Shown here: piece after piece, positions 40,315 to 50,414 of the stretch
Layout of the letters: the number at the start of each line of letters is the position of its first letter
How positions within the stretch are numbered: the stretch's first letter is position 1
Translations under genes and position numbers: made by a program
Assembly: GCA_963422735.1 (NCBI GenBank)
Contig: OY730476.1
Location: forward strand, 2,464,001-2,528,000
DNA: 64,000 nucleotides
Reading direction: 5' to 3'
Origin: Candidatus Latescibacterota bacterium
Lineage (GTDB): Bacteria > Latescibacterota > UBA2968 > UBA8231
Notes under the pieces: generated by a model
Told to the model about the DNA's origin: nothing
The model's input: the letters and a program-made list of their open reading frames with translations, nothing else
Database searches by the model: none

Positions 40315-41220
40315 TTACAGATCGTCTGGCGAGGCGTCGGGGATTTGGGATTTATGCGCTAGGGCGTGTTCGTACTGTTGGGTGCAAGAGACGCGGGGGA
40401 AGTTTTCCGCTTGTGCGCGGCCCAAGAGGAGGTCGAGTTGGCGCGCACGGCGGTCGATGCGATAGACGGACCAAGGGTGGAAGATGGGCAAGTAGTAGGG
40501 CAGAGTTGCTTTTTGCACATAGTCGATGCCCGGGGCATAGGCTTCGTACACGCCTTGGGCGTCCACGGGCATTTGCGCTGGATAGGGCCAAGGGAATTTT
40601 GGCGGCCACAACACCTTGCCCGGCTGCCCGGTGAGGATGTTGTCGTGCCAGGCGTGCGAGGGCATTTCGAGGAGGCCGGGGAAGCCCTCGCGGGCGTACC
40701 AGAAGGGCCGGTTGAGCGGCGCGGGCATGGTTCCATCCGGCCCGGCCCCCACCGTGCGCATATAGCGGTAGCCGGCCTCCCACATCACGTGGAGGATGTG
40801 CTCTTGGCCAATGAAGCCTCGGGTGTAGCCACCGGGCGCGGTCAAGCCAATCACCGGGCGAGAAAAGGTGTCTTCGATCAGTTTTTTGGAATCGACTAAC
40901 TCGCGCTGCAAGGCGGCGTGGTCACCGGCTAAACCGATTAGGTCTTTGTGGGTGAACGAGTGGCATTGGATGTCGAAAAGGGGCTCGTCAAGGATGGCGC
41001 AGAATTCGGGCGCGGCGCGTTGTAACAACTCGGCGACGATGAAAAAGGAGGCGGGCACTTGCCGCTCTAGATGCACTTGGGCCACGGCTCGGACGCCGGC
41101 GATGCACTCGGCCAGCCGCTCTCCCTCGTAGCTAATCCGTCCTTGATAGCCCGGCCCGGTCGGCGCGTCCCACCAAGCGTACACAGCTTCGGTGTCGTAA
41201 GCAGATATGTAGGAAGGCAT
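40315..41220 (-). CDS. polysaccharide deacetylase family protein
   Basis: AYDTE, ASFFIV, CHSFTH, GLTAPGG, FHPW. Confidence 0.8.
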   Translation of the reverse strand: MPSYISAYDTEAVYAWWDAPTGPGYQGRISYEGERLAECIAGVRAVAQVHLERQVPASFFIVAELLQRAAPEFCAILDEPLFDIQCHSFTHKDLIGLAGDHAALQRELVDSKKLIEDTFSRPVIGLTAPGGYTRGFIGQEHILHVMWEAGYRYMRTVGAGPDGTMPAPLNRPFWYAREGFPGLLEMPSHAWHDNILTGQPGKVLWPPKFPWPYPAQMPVDAQGVYEAYAPGIDYVQKATLPYYLPIFHPWSVYRIDRRARQLDLLLGRAQAENFPRVSCTQQYEHALAHKSQIPDASPDDL

Positions 41221-41330
41221 GAGTTAGAGCGTCTTTGGCGATTGGGGGGGATGGGGTAAGTTAAGACCGGAGGCGATGGATCGTCAATTTTGCGACAAAC
41301 GCAATTCCGCACGCGCCGAGGATAACAACC

Positions 41331-42548
41331 GTGAAAATCACCGATGTTGACATCATTCCAGCGCACGTGCCGCTTGCCGCTCGCAATGCCGAGCACGCCG
41401 TGCGCTTTCGCTCCATTGACCAGCGCACCTTCTTCAAGGTGCAAACCGACAACGGCTTGGTGGGCTGGGGCGAGTACCGCTGCTCGCCGCCGCCTGCGCA
41501 GAGCGTGGAGGGCCTTATCGGGCGCAGTCCCTTCGACTTTTTGGGCAGCGATGTCCATCTCGGTTTGGCCGGGGCCTTGTACGACGTGATGGGCCAGTAC
41601 CTCGAAGTGCCGGCCTATAAGCTAATGGGCCCCAAAGTGCGCGACCGCGTACCCGTGGCGGCTTGGACTCGGCCCGCGGATCCCGAGGAGCTAAGCCGCG
41701 AGATCCGCCGCGCCGCCGACCAAGGCTACCGGCTGTTCAAGATGCACACTTGCCAGCACTACGACGTGTTCGAGCAAAACCGCGCGGTAGAGGATGTGGC
41801 ACCAGCAGGCTTCAAGATGCAGTACGACTTCAATTCCAACCGCACCTTGGCCACTGTGTTACCTATCGTCAAACAACTCGAAAAATCGCCCGTAGTGGGC
41901 TATATCGAGGATCCCTTGGTACTGAGCGATGTAGAAGGCTGGCGGCGGCTCCGCGCCCAATGCAGCGTGCCGCTGGTCATGCACGTGCCGCCGCTAGGCG
42001 GGTTGCAGGAGGTCGTGCAGGGGATGGCCGATGCGTATATCGTGGCCGAGTACTGCGGCGGGTTTGGCGACGCGTTGGTGCGCGGCTTGGCCTATGGCAA
42101 AGCCAATGTGCAAGTGGTGGTGCAGCTAACCGGAGGCACCTTGGCCAAGGCGTTGGCTCTACACTTGTCGGCCGTGCTGCCTACGGCGGCCCACTCGATC
42201 AATCTCGACGACCAGTACCAGGAGGACGCGGCCTGTCAGCGCATTGAAATCGTCGAAGGTTGTTCGCCCGTGCCCGAGGGGCCGGGCCTCGGCGTGGAGG
42301 TGGACGAAGCGGTCATTGCGCGCTTGGCGCAGCGCGGCCCAGCGGAAATCCCCCGGCACTTGGGCAAGCTGCGCCTGCCGGACGGGCATGTACTCTACAC
42401 GGCCAGCATTCCACCCATAGATGCGTTGACCGGCTTTGCCGAGGGAACCATCCGGGGCTTGTCGTTTGAGGTGTGGAGCGACGATGGGTCTGAGGAATTC
42501 GAGCGCATGTACGGGCGGGTGGAAGAAGAGGGGTCGGTGTTGGAGTGA
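41331..42548 (+). CDS. mandelate racemase/muconate lactonizing enzyme family protein
   Basis: KITDV, VQTDNGLVGWGE, ALYDVMG, YDFN, IEDP, VPEGPGLGVEVD. Confidence 0.88.
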   Translation: MKITDVDIIPAHVPLAARNAEHAVRFRSIDQRTFFKVQTDNGLVGWGEYRCSPPPAQSVEGLIGRSPFDFLGSDVHLGLAGALYDVMGQYLEVPAYKLMGPKVRDRVPVAAWTRPADPEELSREIRRAADQGYRLFKMHTCQHYDVFEQNRAVEDVAPAGFKMQYDFNSNRTLATVLPIVKQLEKSPVVGYIEDPLVLSDVEGWRRLRAQCSVPLVMHVPPLGGLQEVVQGMADAYIVAEYCGGFGDALVRGLAYGKANVQVVVQLTGGTLAKALALHLSAVLPTAAHSINLDDQYQEDAACQRIEIVEGCSPVPEGPGLGVEVDEAVIARLAQRGPAEIPRHLGKLRLPDGHVLYTASIPPIDALTGFAEGTIRGLSFEVWSDDGSEEFERMYGRVEEEGSVLE

Positions 42549-42639
42549 GAGACTGGCGTAAGCGATTTGAATCCTCTTGGTCCTTTCGCAGTCTCCTAAG
42601 CCGGCCGGGCATGCTGCCCGGCGCGTATGTACTGTCCAC

Positions 42640-43259
42640 TGTCCATTGTTTTACTAGACCTGATGCCCCCCCGGCCGTCTTGGCTCAAGCCCCGTACGGC
42701 CTGCAAGAACATCTCCATCCGGCCATTGTCCTTAGCTCGGACGATTACTTTGTGTACATCAATTCGGGATCCCGCACGGACCACGGCGAGCGGTCCGAGG
42801 ATGGGGCTTTTGCCAGAGTCGTCGGCCATTTTGCGAATGCCGGCGGATGGTCAAGACATTCTGATTCCGATCGCTGAGGAGACGCTGCAGGCTTCGGGCT
42901 ACTTGTGCGCCGACGAGTTCCGCAATGCCTTTGGCATGGCCTTTGCCGCCAACGGCGATCCTATTGACGCCGAGATCATCGGCAATAGAATCTACGTGAT
43001 CGAGTGGAGTGGTGGTCGCGGCTTATGGGAGATTACCCTGCCCGGCAGTTCGGCCACCGCGGTGGAAAAAGAAAGTGGCAGTGCGCCCGACGGGTACGCG
43101 CTAGCGCAGAATTATCCTAACCCCTTCAACTCCAACACGACTATCGCCTACGAAGTGGGCAGCGAAGGCCCGAATGACGCTGGACAGAATATCTGCGGTT
43201 TGGTACAGGGCCGGTTGGCGGCGGGACGCTACGCGGTGAAGTGCGCTTGCACCGCCTAA
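42640..43259 (+). pseudogene. collapsed secreted PQQ-sugar-dehydrogenase-like protein with YPNPFN CTD
   Basis: INSGSRTDHGE, FRNAFGMAF, TAVEKES, QNYPNPFNS; fragments in different frames. Confidence 0.7.
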
Positions 43260-43363
43260 AGTCGGCGTATATGCGCTCGGAGCGCACCCGGAACTTGTCG
43301 CGCTTAAAGGCGCGGTGAGGCAGATAGCTTCTGACAGATATTAACAAAGACAAAGGAGAATCG

Positions 43364-44662
43364 ATGATGAACCAGCGTAGCGCACTTTTGAGATTCATCG
43401 GCATTCCGTTGCACTGGCAGATCGCCCTTGCTCTCGCCCTTGCTGCATTAGTAGGCTGGCTGGCCGACGAGCATACGATGCTGTTTGGCGCGTCGCTTGT
43501 GGAAATTTTCGATTTTTTCGGCGGCTTGTTCCTCAACGCGCTGAAGATGATCGTGGTGCCGCTCATCTTGTCTTCGATCATTGTGGGCGTCCGCAACATG
43601 GCGAGCCAGAACGCCTTTGGACGCATCGGCGGGAAGACGGTGGCTTTTTACGTGGCTACCGGGTTGCTGTCGGTTTTTACTGGTCTCGTTTTTGTCAATC
43701 TCATAGCACCCGGCGAGACTGAATCGGCGCGGGCGCTGGGCATCGCGCTGCCAGACCCGTCGCAAGTCATGGACAAGGTAGAGGGGCGCGGCATACGCGA
43801 TCTGGTTGAGGTACTCAAGCGCACGATACCGTCCAACATTTTCGCAGCGGCACTAGAGGTTCAACTGCTGGCACTGGTATTCGTCGGAGTCGTGTTCGGG
43901 TATTTCATGTCGCGGCTGAACGGGCCGGCGGGCGACACCCTACAGCAGTTCTGGGTCGGTATGCACGGCCTCATGATCTTGATCACAATGTGGATCATGC
44001 GATTTGCTCCCATCGGCGCGTTTGCGCTGGTGGGCAAGACATTGCTCGTCTCCGGCTTTGCTGCGCTTGAAGCGTTGGGCCTGTTCTTCCTGACCGTATT
44101 GCTGGCACTGGCGGTGCATTTTGCCGTCTGGTTGCCGCTGCTGCTGCGCTTGGTTGCCGGCATCAGCCCATACGCCTACTACGCCAAGATCGCACCCGCG
44201 CAATTGACCGCGTTTTCGACCGCTTCGTCTTCGGCAACCTTGCCAGTGACCATCAAAAGCGCCGAACAGGCTGGCATCTCCAACCGCGTGACTAGCTTTG
44301 TCCTGCCGTTGGGTGCGACGGTGAACATGGACGGGACGGCACTCTACGAGTGCATCGTGGTGGTCTTCATTGCCCAGGTGTACGCGTTCGCGTCTGGCGT
44401 GGATTTTGGCATCGCGGAGCAGCTAATCGTCGTATTGCTCGCCTTGCTCACGTCGATCGGCGTGGCGGGCATCCCCGCTGCCAGCTTGGTCGCGATTGCG
44501 CTGATCTTGCCCGCGGTCGGCTTGCCGGTGGAAGCCATCGCCATCGTTCTAACTGTTGATCGCCTGCTCGATATGTGCCGCACGGCCGTCAACGTGACCA
44601 GCGATCTAGTGGTCACGGCGCTGGTGGCGCACACAGAAGGCGAAGACCTGATCCGAGCTTGA
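43364..44662 (+). CDS. dicarboxylate/amino acid:cation symporter (DAACS)
   Basis: [42 protein letters not shown]. Confidence 0.95.
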   Translation: MMNQRSALLRFIGIPLHWQIALALALAALVGWLADEHTMLFGASLVEIFDFFGGLFLNALKMIVVPLILSSIIVGVRNMASQNAFGRIGGKTVAFYVATGLLSVFTGLVFVNLIAPGETESARALGIALPDPSQVMDKVEGRGIRDLVEVLKRTIPSNIFAAALEVQLLALVFVGVVFGYFMSRLNGPAGDTLQQFWVGMHGLMILITMWIMRFAPIGAFALVGKTLLVSGFAALEALGLFFLTVLLALAVHFAVWLPLLLRLVAGISPYAYYAKIAPAQLTAFSTASSSATLPVTIKSAEQAGISNRVTSFVLPLGATVNMDGTALYECIVVVFIAQVYAFASGVDFGIAEQLIVVLLALLTSIGVAGIPAASLVAIALILPAVGLPVEAIAIVLTVDRLLDMCRTAVNVTSDLVVTALVAHTEGEDLIRA

Positions 44663-44666
44663 TGGG

Positions 44667-46181
44667 CTACAAGATGCCCACGCGGGGGCTGCTGGCGTCT
44701 TCCAACATGCCCTCGGCTGCCACGAGATTGAGCTGGCCGACTTCCTCGGGCGTCAGGTCCGGCAAGCACTCCACCAATCCCAGAAAACGCTCGATTTCGG
44801 CCGGCTCTACGAGTCTCTCGGTCAATACAGCTAGCTTGTCGATGTAGTCTGGCCGCGCAAAGGGCCGGTCGCCGAGGTAGTGGGCATTGGGGTTGTCGAG
44901 GCGTTCGGTGATCTGGGTGCCGTCGCCGAGGCGGACCGCGACTTGGGCGCCGAACTTCTTGTGGACGGGATCTGGATGGTGATAGGCTTGGGTCCACTCG
45001 GCGACTTCTTCGGTGCGGATTTTGTGCCACAGCGCGATGGTCGAAGGGCGGTGGGCGCGCTCCGAGGTATAGGAACGCACGTGGTGCCAAGCGCCGTCCT
45101 CCGAGGCGACAGCGAGGATGTACATGGCGCTGTGGTCGAGGGTCTCGCGCGAGGCGTCTGGGTCCATTTTCTGTGGGTCGTTGGCCCCCGTGCCGATCAC
45201 GTAGTGCGTGTGGTGGCTGGTGCGGATTACGATGTCTTCTACTTGGTCTAGATCTATATGGCGATCGTGTAGCCGGAAGCCGAGGTCGATCAGGGCTTGG
45301 GCTTGGTATTCGGCGGAGTGCTCCTTGGTGTAGGAGCGGAGGATGGCGCGCATCCGTTCGCCGGGACCGGGCAGGGGGACTGAGTATTCGGCGTCTGGCC
45401 CGGACAGCATCCAAGCGATGACTGCGTCGCGGCCCTCGTAGATGGGCGACGGTGCCCGTTCGCCGAGGCGCGCCCGGCCCACAGCTTCAATGGCGATCTT
45501 GTTGGCTTGGGCTGGGGCGTAGGCTTTCCACGAGGTGATGTCCCCTTTGCGCGACTGGCGGGTAGCGCAGGCCAAGTGCAGGCTCTGATTGATGGCTTGG
45601 TAGATTTGCTCAGCCGGCATCTGGAGCATAGTTCCCAGCCCGGCCGCTACAGCCGGGGCGAGGTGGGCGACATGGTCGATTTTGTGCTCGTGCAGGCAGA
45701 TGCCAGTGACTAGCGCCATTTGCACCTCATAGGCCGTGAGTATCCCCAAGGTCAGCGCGCGGCCGTCGGCACCTGTTTGCTGGGCGGCGGCGAGCAGGCC
45801 GGGGATGGTGTCGCCGGGGTGCGAGTAATCGGCCGCGAGATAGGTGTCATGCATGTCGAGTTCGCGCACGGCCACGCCATTGGCGAGGGCAGCCCACTCG
45901 CAGTGGAAGCTGCGGTCGTTGGCTACGCCGAAGAGGCGGGCACCGCTGTTGCGGGGATGGGAATAGCCCAAGGCGAGGAGGCGGGCGTTGCGCACCGGCG
46001 AGCGGTTGATTGCGGCTAGTGCGACCGCGGCGTTGTCGATGACGCGATTGCCAATCATCTCGGCGACATCCGCGTCGAACGCTTGGTTGTGGGCGGCGAG
46101 TTGGGCTAGCTTCCAAGCCAATTGCTCTTTGCGCGGGAGGACAGTACCGTCTGGGTGGGTCTTGACGATGTGACTTTGCAT
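44667..46181 (-). CDS. prpD: 2-methylcitrate dehydratase, MmgE/PrpD family
   Basis: [36 protein letters not shown]. Confidence 0.9.
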   Translation of the reverse strand: MQSHIVKTHPDGTVLPRKEQLAWKLAQLAAHNQAFDADVAEMIGNRVIDNAAVALAAINRSPVRNARLLALGYSHPRNSGARLFGVANDRSFHCEWAALANGVAVRELDMHDTYLAADYSHPGDTIPGLLAAAQQTGADGRALTLGILTAYEVQMALVTGICLHEHKIDHVAHLAPAVAAGLGTMLQMPAEQIYQAINQSLHLACATRQSRKGDITSWKAYAPAQANKIAIEAVGRARLGERAPSPIYEGRDAVIAWMLSGPDAEYSVPLPGPGERMRAILRSYTKEHSAEYQAQALIDLGFRLHDRHIDLDQVEDIVIRTSHHTHYVIGTGANDPQKMDPDASRETLDHSAMYILAVASEDGAWHHVRSYTSERAHRPSTIALWHKIRTEEVAEWTQAYHHPDPVHKKFGAQVAVRLGDGTQITERLDNPNAHYLGDRPFARPDYIDKLAVLTERLVEPAEIERFLGLVECLPDLTPEEVGQLNLVAAEGMLEDASSPRVGIL

Positions 46182-46276
46182 GACCTGCTTCCGTGGTTGG
46201 CAGAGTTGGAAAAGACAAATAATAGGGCCTACCGCTGTGGACGGACAAGCGCAAGAACAGATTGCGAAGGAGAGAG

Positions 46277-47221
46277 ATGAAAGTCTTGATGAGGATGGAT
46301 TTAGCAGAGGAGTTGATAGAGCAGATTCGGCAGGTGTCCGAGGAAGTGGAAGTAGTGCGCGTGGACTCGGATGCGGCGGCCTTGGAAATCATGCCGGAGA
46401 TCGAGGTCGTCTGCGGGCATGTCAGCCGGGAGATGTTCGCGCGGCGGAAAAAGCTCAAGTGGATGCAGAGTTGGGGGGCGGGGGTAGATGGGTTGCTGCA
46501 CTCCGAACTGGTCGCGAGCGATGTAGTGTTATGCAGTGCCAAGGGGTGGGTGGGGGTGCATATGGCCGAACATGCGATGGCGTTGTTGCTCGGGTTGACG
46601 CGGGGGCTCCACACAGCCGTGCGCAATCCGGGCTGGGATCCGCGCTGGTCAATCCGCGCCGCGTCGTGGGAACTGATTGACCAGACGATGGGCATTGTGG
46701 GGTTGGGGGGGACCGGGACGGCGCTAGCCCAGCGTGCGAGCGCGTTCGGAATGCGAATTATAGCGGTGGATCCAGAGGAGGTCGCCGTGCCGGAAACAGT
46801 GGAAGCCTGCTGGGGGATGGATCAGTTCTACGCGCTGTTGGACCAATCCGATGTGGTGGTGATTTGCGCGCCGCTGACCGCGAAGAGCGCAGGGCTGTTC
46901 GGCCGAGAGGCGTTTGCGCGGATGCGGAGCCATGCGCTGCTGATCAATGTCACGCGAGGGAGGATCGTCAATGAGCAGGCATTGCTAGCAGCACTTGTCG
47001 AAGGGCAGATCGGCGGGGCGGGGTTGGACGTAGTGCCGCAGGAGCCCCTGCCCGAGGATCACCCCCTGTGGCGGATGGACAATGTGCTGATCACGCCGCA
47101 TACGGCCGGGGGATCGCCCAACCGCGACATTCGGTGCGCGACGTTGTTTTGCGAGAATTTGCAGCGCTATCTGGCGGGGGAGACGTTGCTGAGCGTGGTC
47201 GACAAGAGCAAGGGGTATTGA
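46277..47221 (+). CDS. D-2-hydroxyacid dehydrogenase
   Basis: GIVGLGGTG, INVTRG, LDV..QEP, ITPHTAG. Confidence 0.92.
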   Translation: MKVLMRMDLAEELIEQIRQVSEEVEVVRVDSDAAALEIMPEIEVVCGHVSREMFARRKKLKWMQSWGAGVDGLLHSELVASDVVLCSAKGWVGVHMAEHAMALLLGLTRGLHTAVRNPGWDPRWSIRAASWELIDQTMGIVGLGGTGTALAQRASAFGMRIIAVDPEEVAVPETVEACWGMDQFYALLDQSDVVVICAPLTAKSAGLFGREAFARMRSHALLINVTRGRIVNEQALLAALVEGQIGGAGLDVVPQEPLPEDHPLWRMDNVLITPHTAGGSPNRDIRCATLFCENLQRYLAGETLLSVVDKSKGY

Positions 47222-47259
47222 GGCTATAATGCGCCGCAAACGGCGATAGCGGCAAGGTT

Positions 47260-48519
47260 GTGAAAGAGACAGGTCTTGGCGAATATTGTGTCATGTCTGC
47301 TTGGAGTGACATGCCCTGCTTGAGGTGCTGCGGTGCATGGGCCGTGATGCTGTGGGCCACGCTCGCTGTGGTCGATGCCGCCGACACCAACGAGGCGCTG
47401 GGGGACCGCTATCTGGCGGAGGGACGCTATCGCTTGGCGGTGCAGGCCTTCGAACAGGCTGTGCGGTGTCAGCCCGAGTCGGCGGACCGCCGCCGCAAAT
47501 TGGCCGCTGCCTACGCCGAGGACCAACAATTGTCCCAGGCAGTCGCCGCCTATCAAGAGGCGATCGCCCTGCGGACCGATTACGCCAAGGCACGCACCGA
47601 GTTGGCGATTCTGCTGACCCGTCTCGACCGTCGCGACGAGGCGATGATAGCACTCGAAAAAGCAGTTGAACTCAGTCCCGATTACGCGTGGGCGCATCTA
47701 TCGCTGGGACAGCTCCACTTCAGCAAGGGGAACTACGACTCAGCGCAAGTCGCCTACCGCCGTGCCCTCGCCGCCAAAGGCGACTACGGCGAGGCTTGGT
47801 ACCATCTTGGCGAAGTCCAGCGCAAGCTGAACGGCTACGCCGCTGCCGAGCAGGCGTATCGCCGTGCCCTCGCCGCCGACTCAACGGTGGCCAAATACCG
47901 CAACGGGCTAGCCACCAGCTATTACCGCCGCCGCAATTATACCGCCGCTGTCGGAGAACTAAGGCGAGCGGTACGGCTAGATTCGCTCTATGCACCGGCC
48001 CGCTTTAACTTGGGAAATGCTCTGCTGCGCATAGGTCGGCGCGAAGAGGGCCAGCGTCAGTTGGACATTTACCGGCGTCTCGAAGAACAAGAGCGGGGTA
48101 TCGCCTCGCTAAAGAACACATTGCTGACAACGCCCGACCAAGCGACAGTCTATCACGATCTAGGCATGCTCTACTCGCGTCGCGGCCAGTACGACCAAGC
48201 CCAGATTCACTACATGCAGGCGATCTCCCGGGACACCTCGTTTGCGCCCTCGTACCACAATCTAGGCAATATCCAGTTGCGGCAGGGGCGGTTCGAAGCG
48301 GCACTCGACCTATTCCGCCGGGGCCTGCAGGCGGATTCCACCTATGTGTTGTCCTATTTGGCGCTGGGCAATGTGCAGATGCGGCTCCAGCAAGTGCCTC
48401 TGGCACTGACAAGCTATCTCCAAGGTTTGCGGTTTGCCCCGGACGATCTGCGACTCAAGCGCAACGCTGCGTTGGCTCGGCGGATCCTCGCCACCGCTCG
48501 ACAACAGGAGTCTCCGTGA
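47260..48519 (+). CDS. exported tetratricopeptide repeat protein
   Basis: About 10 TPRs after a signal-like segment (AVMLWATLAVVDA); true start may be downstream. Confidence 0.85.
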   Translation: MKETGLGEYCVMSAWSDMPCLRCCGAWAVMLWATLAVVDAADTNEALGDRYLAEGRYRLAVQAFEQAVRCQPESADRRRKLAAAYAEDQQLSQAVAAYQEAIALRTDYAKARTELAILLTRLDRRDEAMIALEKAVELSPDYAWAHLSLGQLHFSKGNYDSAQVAYRRALAAKGDYGEAWYHLGEVQRKLNGYAAAEQAYRRALAADSTVAKYRNGLATSYYRRRNYTAAVGELRRAVRLDSLYAPARFNLGNALLRIGRREEGQRQLDIYRRLEEQERGIASLKNTLLTTPDQATVYHDLGMLYSRRGQYDQAQIHYMQAISRDTSFAPSYHNLGNIQLRQGRFEAALDLFRRGLQADSTYVLSYLALGNVQMRLQQVPLALTSYLQGLRFAPDDLRLKRNAALARRILATARQQESP

Positions 48520-50177
48520 GGTCGCACACTCGGTGGTGGGTGCTCGCGGGCATCGCTTGGCTGTTGGCACTCGGTGGTGGGGCGGTGGGTGCTGCCGCAC
48601 CTCGTTTCGTCGAGGTCACTATGGAGGCAGGCATCGACTTCCGCTATATCAATGGTGCCAGTGGGGCCAAATACATGCCGGAGGCGGTGGGATCTGGGGC
48701 GGCTTTCTTCGACGGCGATGGCGACGGTTTCCTCGACTTATATATCGTCAATGGCGCGGCTCTGCCCGGCTATGAGGGACCAACCGGCTCCAATGCCTAT
48801 TATCGCAATCGGGCTGATGGCACGTTCGTCAATGCCACCTTAGTATCGGGGACGGGGGACGAGGCCTTTGGCATGGGGGCAGCCGTCGGCGATATTGATG
48901 GCGATGGCGACTCCGACCTCTATGTCACTAATTATGGCCCCAATCGACTCTACGAAAACGACGGGTGCGCGGTCTTTGCCGATATCGCGTCCGAACTCGG
49001 TGCGGCAGACCCGGGTTGGGGCACTCACGCGGCTTTTGTCGACTACGATAGCGATGGCGACCTCGACCTCTACGTTGCCAACTATATGGACTTTGACCCA
49101 GCGCAGAATGTGGAGTGTTTTGCGGGCAAGGTGCGGTCGTATTGCGGGCCAACGACCTATCCGGGGCAAACAGGCGTCCTCTACCGCAACGACGGGGGGA
49201 GATCGTTTGCCGAAGTGACGGCAGCAGCCGGTCTGCACAACGATTCCGGTCGCCAGTTGGCGGCGGTCTTCGGCGATCTAGATGGCGATGGCGACTCCGA
49301 TCTCTTCGTCGCCAACGACAAGAAGCCCAATTTCCTTTTTGTCAATAACGGCGACGGTACCTTCTCAGAAAACGGTGCAGTGGCGGGGGTTGCCTACAAC
49401 GAAGAAGGATTAGCCGAGTCGGCGATGGGGGCCGATCTGGGCGACTACGACAACGACGGGCGGCTCGACATTATCGTCGCTACCTACCAGTGGCTGGCCA
49501 ATACCCTCTACCACAACGACGGCGACGGCTTCTTCACCGACTTGACGTTCGCCGTAGGACTAGGCGTGGCGAGTGTGCCGTATCTTGGTATGACCGCTGC
49601 CTTCGTCGATTGCGATAACGACGGTTTCCTAGATGTCTTCGTTGCTAACGGCCATCTCGACGAGAACGTCGCCGAATACGACCCTTCCACCACCTATCCA
49701 CAGCAAAACCAGTTGTTTCGCAACAGCGGCGACGGCTCCTTTATCGAGGTCAGCGACCAGAGCGGACCGGGGATGCGCGTCGAAAGGGTAAGTCACGGAG
49801 CGATCTTCGGCGATTACGATAACGATGGCGATGTTGACTTTTTTATTTCCGACTCTGACACACCCCATTGCACCCTGCTGCGCAATGATGGCGGCAATGC
49901 CAATCACTGGCTCAGGGTCCGTACCGAGGGCCGCCAGAGCAACCGGGAGGGCATCGGTGCTAAGGTGCGGGCAGTAGCTGGCGATCTGGTCCAAGTGCGG
50001 GAGGTCCGCGCTAGTTATGGCTATATGGGCAGCAACGATGTGCGATTGACCCTAGGATTGGGCCAGTATGCGACAATCGATACGCTGCAGATCTTTTGGC
50101 CCAGCGGCGCGGTGCAGACGCTAGTGGAATTGGCAGCCGACCGGGAAATCTCCGTGGTAGAGGCGGCCGACCGATGA
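48516..50177 (+). CDS. CRTAC1-like FG-GAP repeat protein with ASPIC/UnbV domain
   Basis: DGDGDGFLDLY, DYDNDGRLD repeats; NHWLRV...GIGAKV...GLG...WPSG; GTGA overlap with the TPR gene. Confidence 0.9.
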   Translation: MRSHTRWWVLAGIAWLLALGGGAVGAAAPRFVEVTMEAGIDFRYINGASGAKYMPEAVGSGAAFFDGDGDGFLDLYIVNGAALPGYEGPTGSNAYYRNRADGTFVNATLVSGTGDEAFGMGAAVGDIDGDGDSDLYVTNYGPNRLYENDGCAVFADIASELGAADPGWGTHAAFVDYDSDGDLDLYVANYMDFDPAQNVECFAGKVRSYCGPTTYPGQTGVLYRNDGGRSFAEVTAAAGLHNDSGRQLAAVFGDLDGDGDSDLFVANDKKPNFLFVNNGDGTFSENGAVAGVAYNEEGLAESAMGADLGDYDNDGRLDIIVATYQWLANTLYHNDGDGFFTDLTFAVGLGVASVPYLGMTAAFVDCDNDGFLDVFVANGHLDENVAEYDPSTTYPQQNQLFRNSGDGSFIEVSDQSGPGMRVERVSHGAIFGDYDNDGDVDFFISDSDTPHCTLLRNDGGNANHWLRVRTEGRQSNREGIGAKVRAVAGDLVQVREVRASYGYMGSNDVRLTLGLGQYATIDTLQIFWPSGAVQTLVELAADREISVVEAADR

Positions 50178-50323
50178 GCGCACGGTGATTTTACCTGAGC
50201 GCGTGGACGGTAGTGGTGTCGGCTGCCGAGCAGGTTCCCGACTCGGCTTTGGGTGGTGTAGAGTCAGTAGCTTTGCGGCGTTTTGATCTGTCGCCGGGCG
50301 CGACGCAATAAACGGACGAGTAA

Positions 50324-50351
50324 TTGACAGATGATGGCTCCGCAGTAGCTT
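50324..50351 (+). promoter_or_regulatory. possible sigma70 promoter
   Basis: TTGACA-16nt-TAGCTT upstream of the foldase gene. Confidence 0.35.
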
Positions 50352-50414
50352 TCACTGCAGTTCGCTGCAAAATCTCGCCCGCTGCGGAGAAGCGACAAAA
50401 AGGAGAGCATCTAA

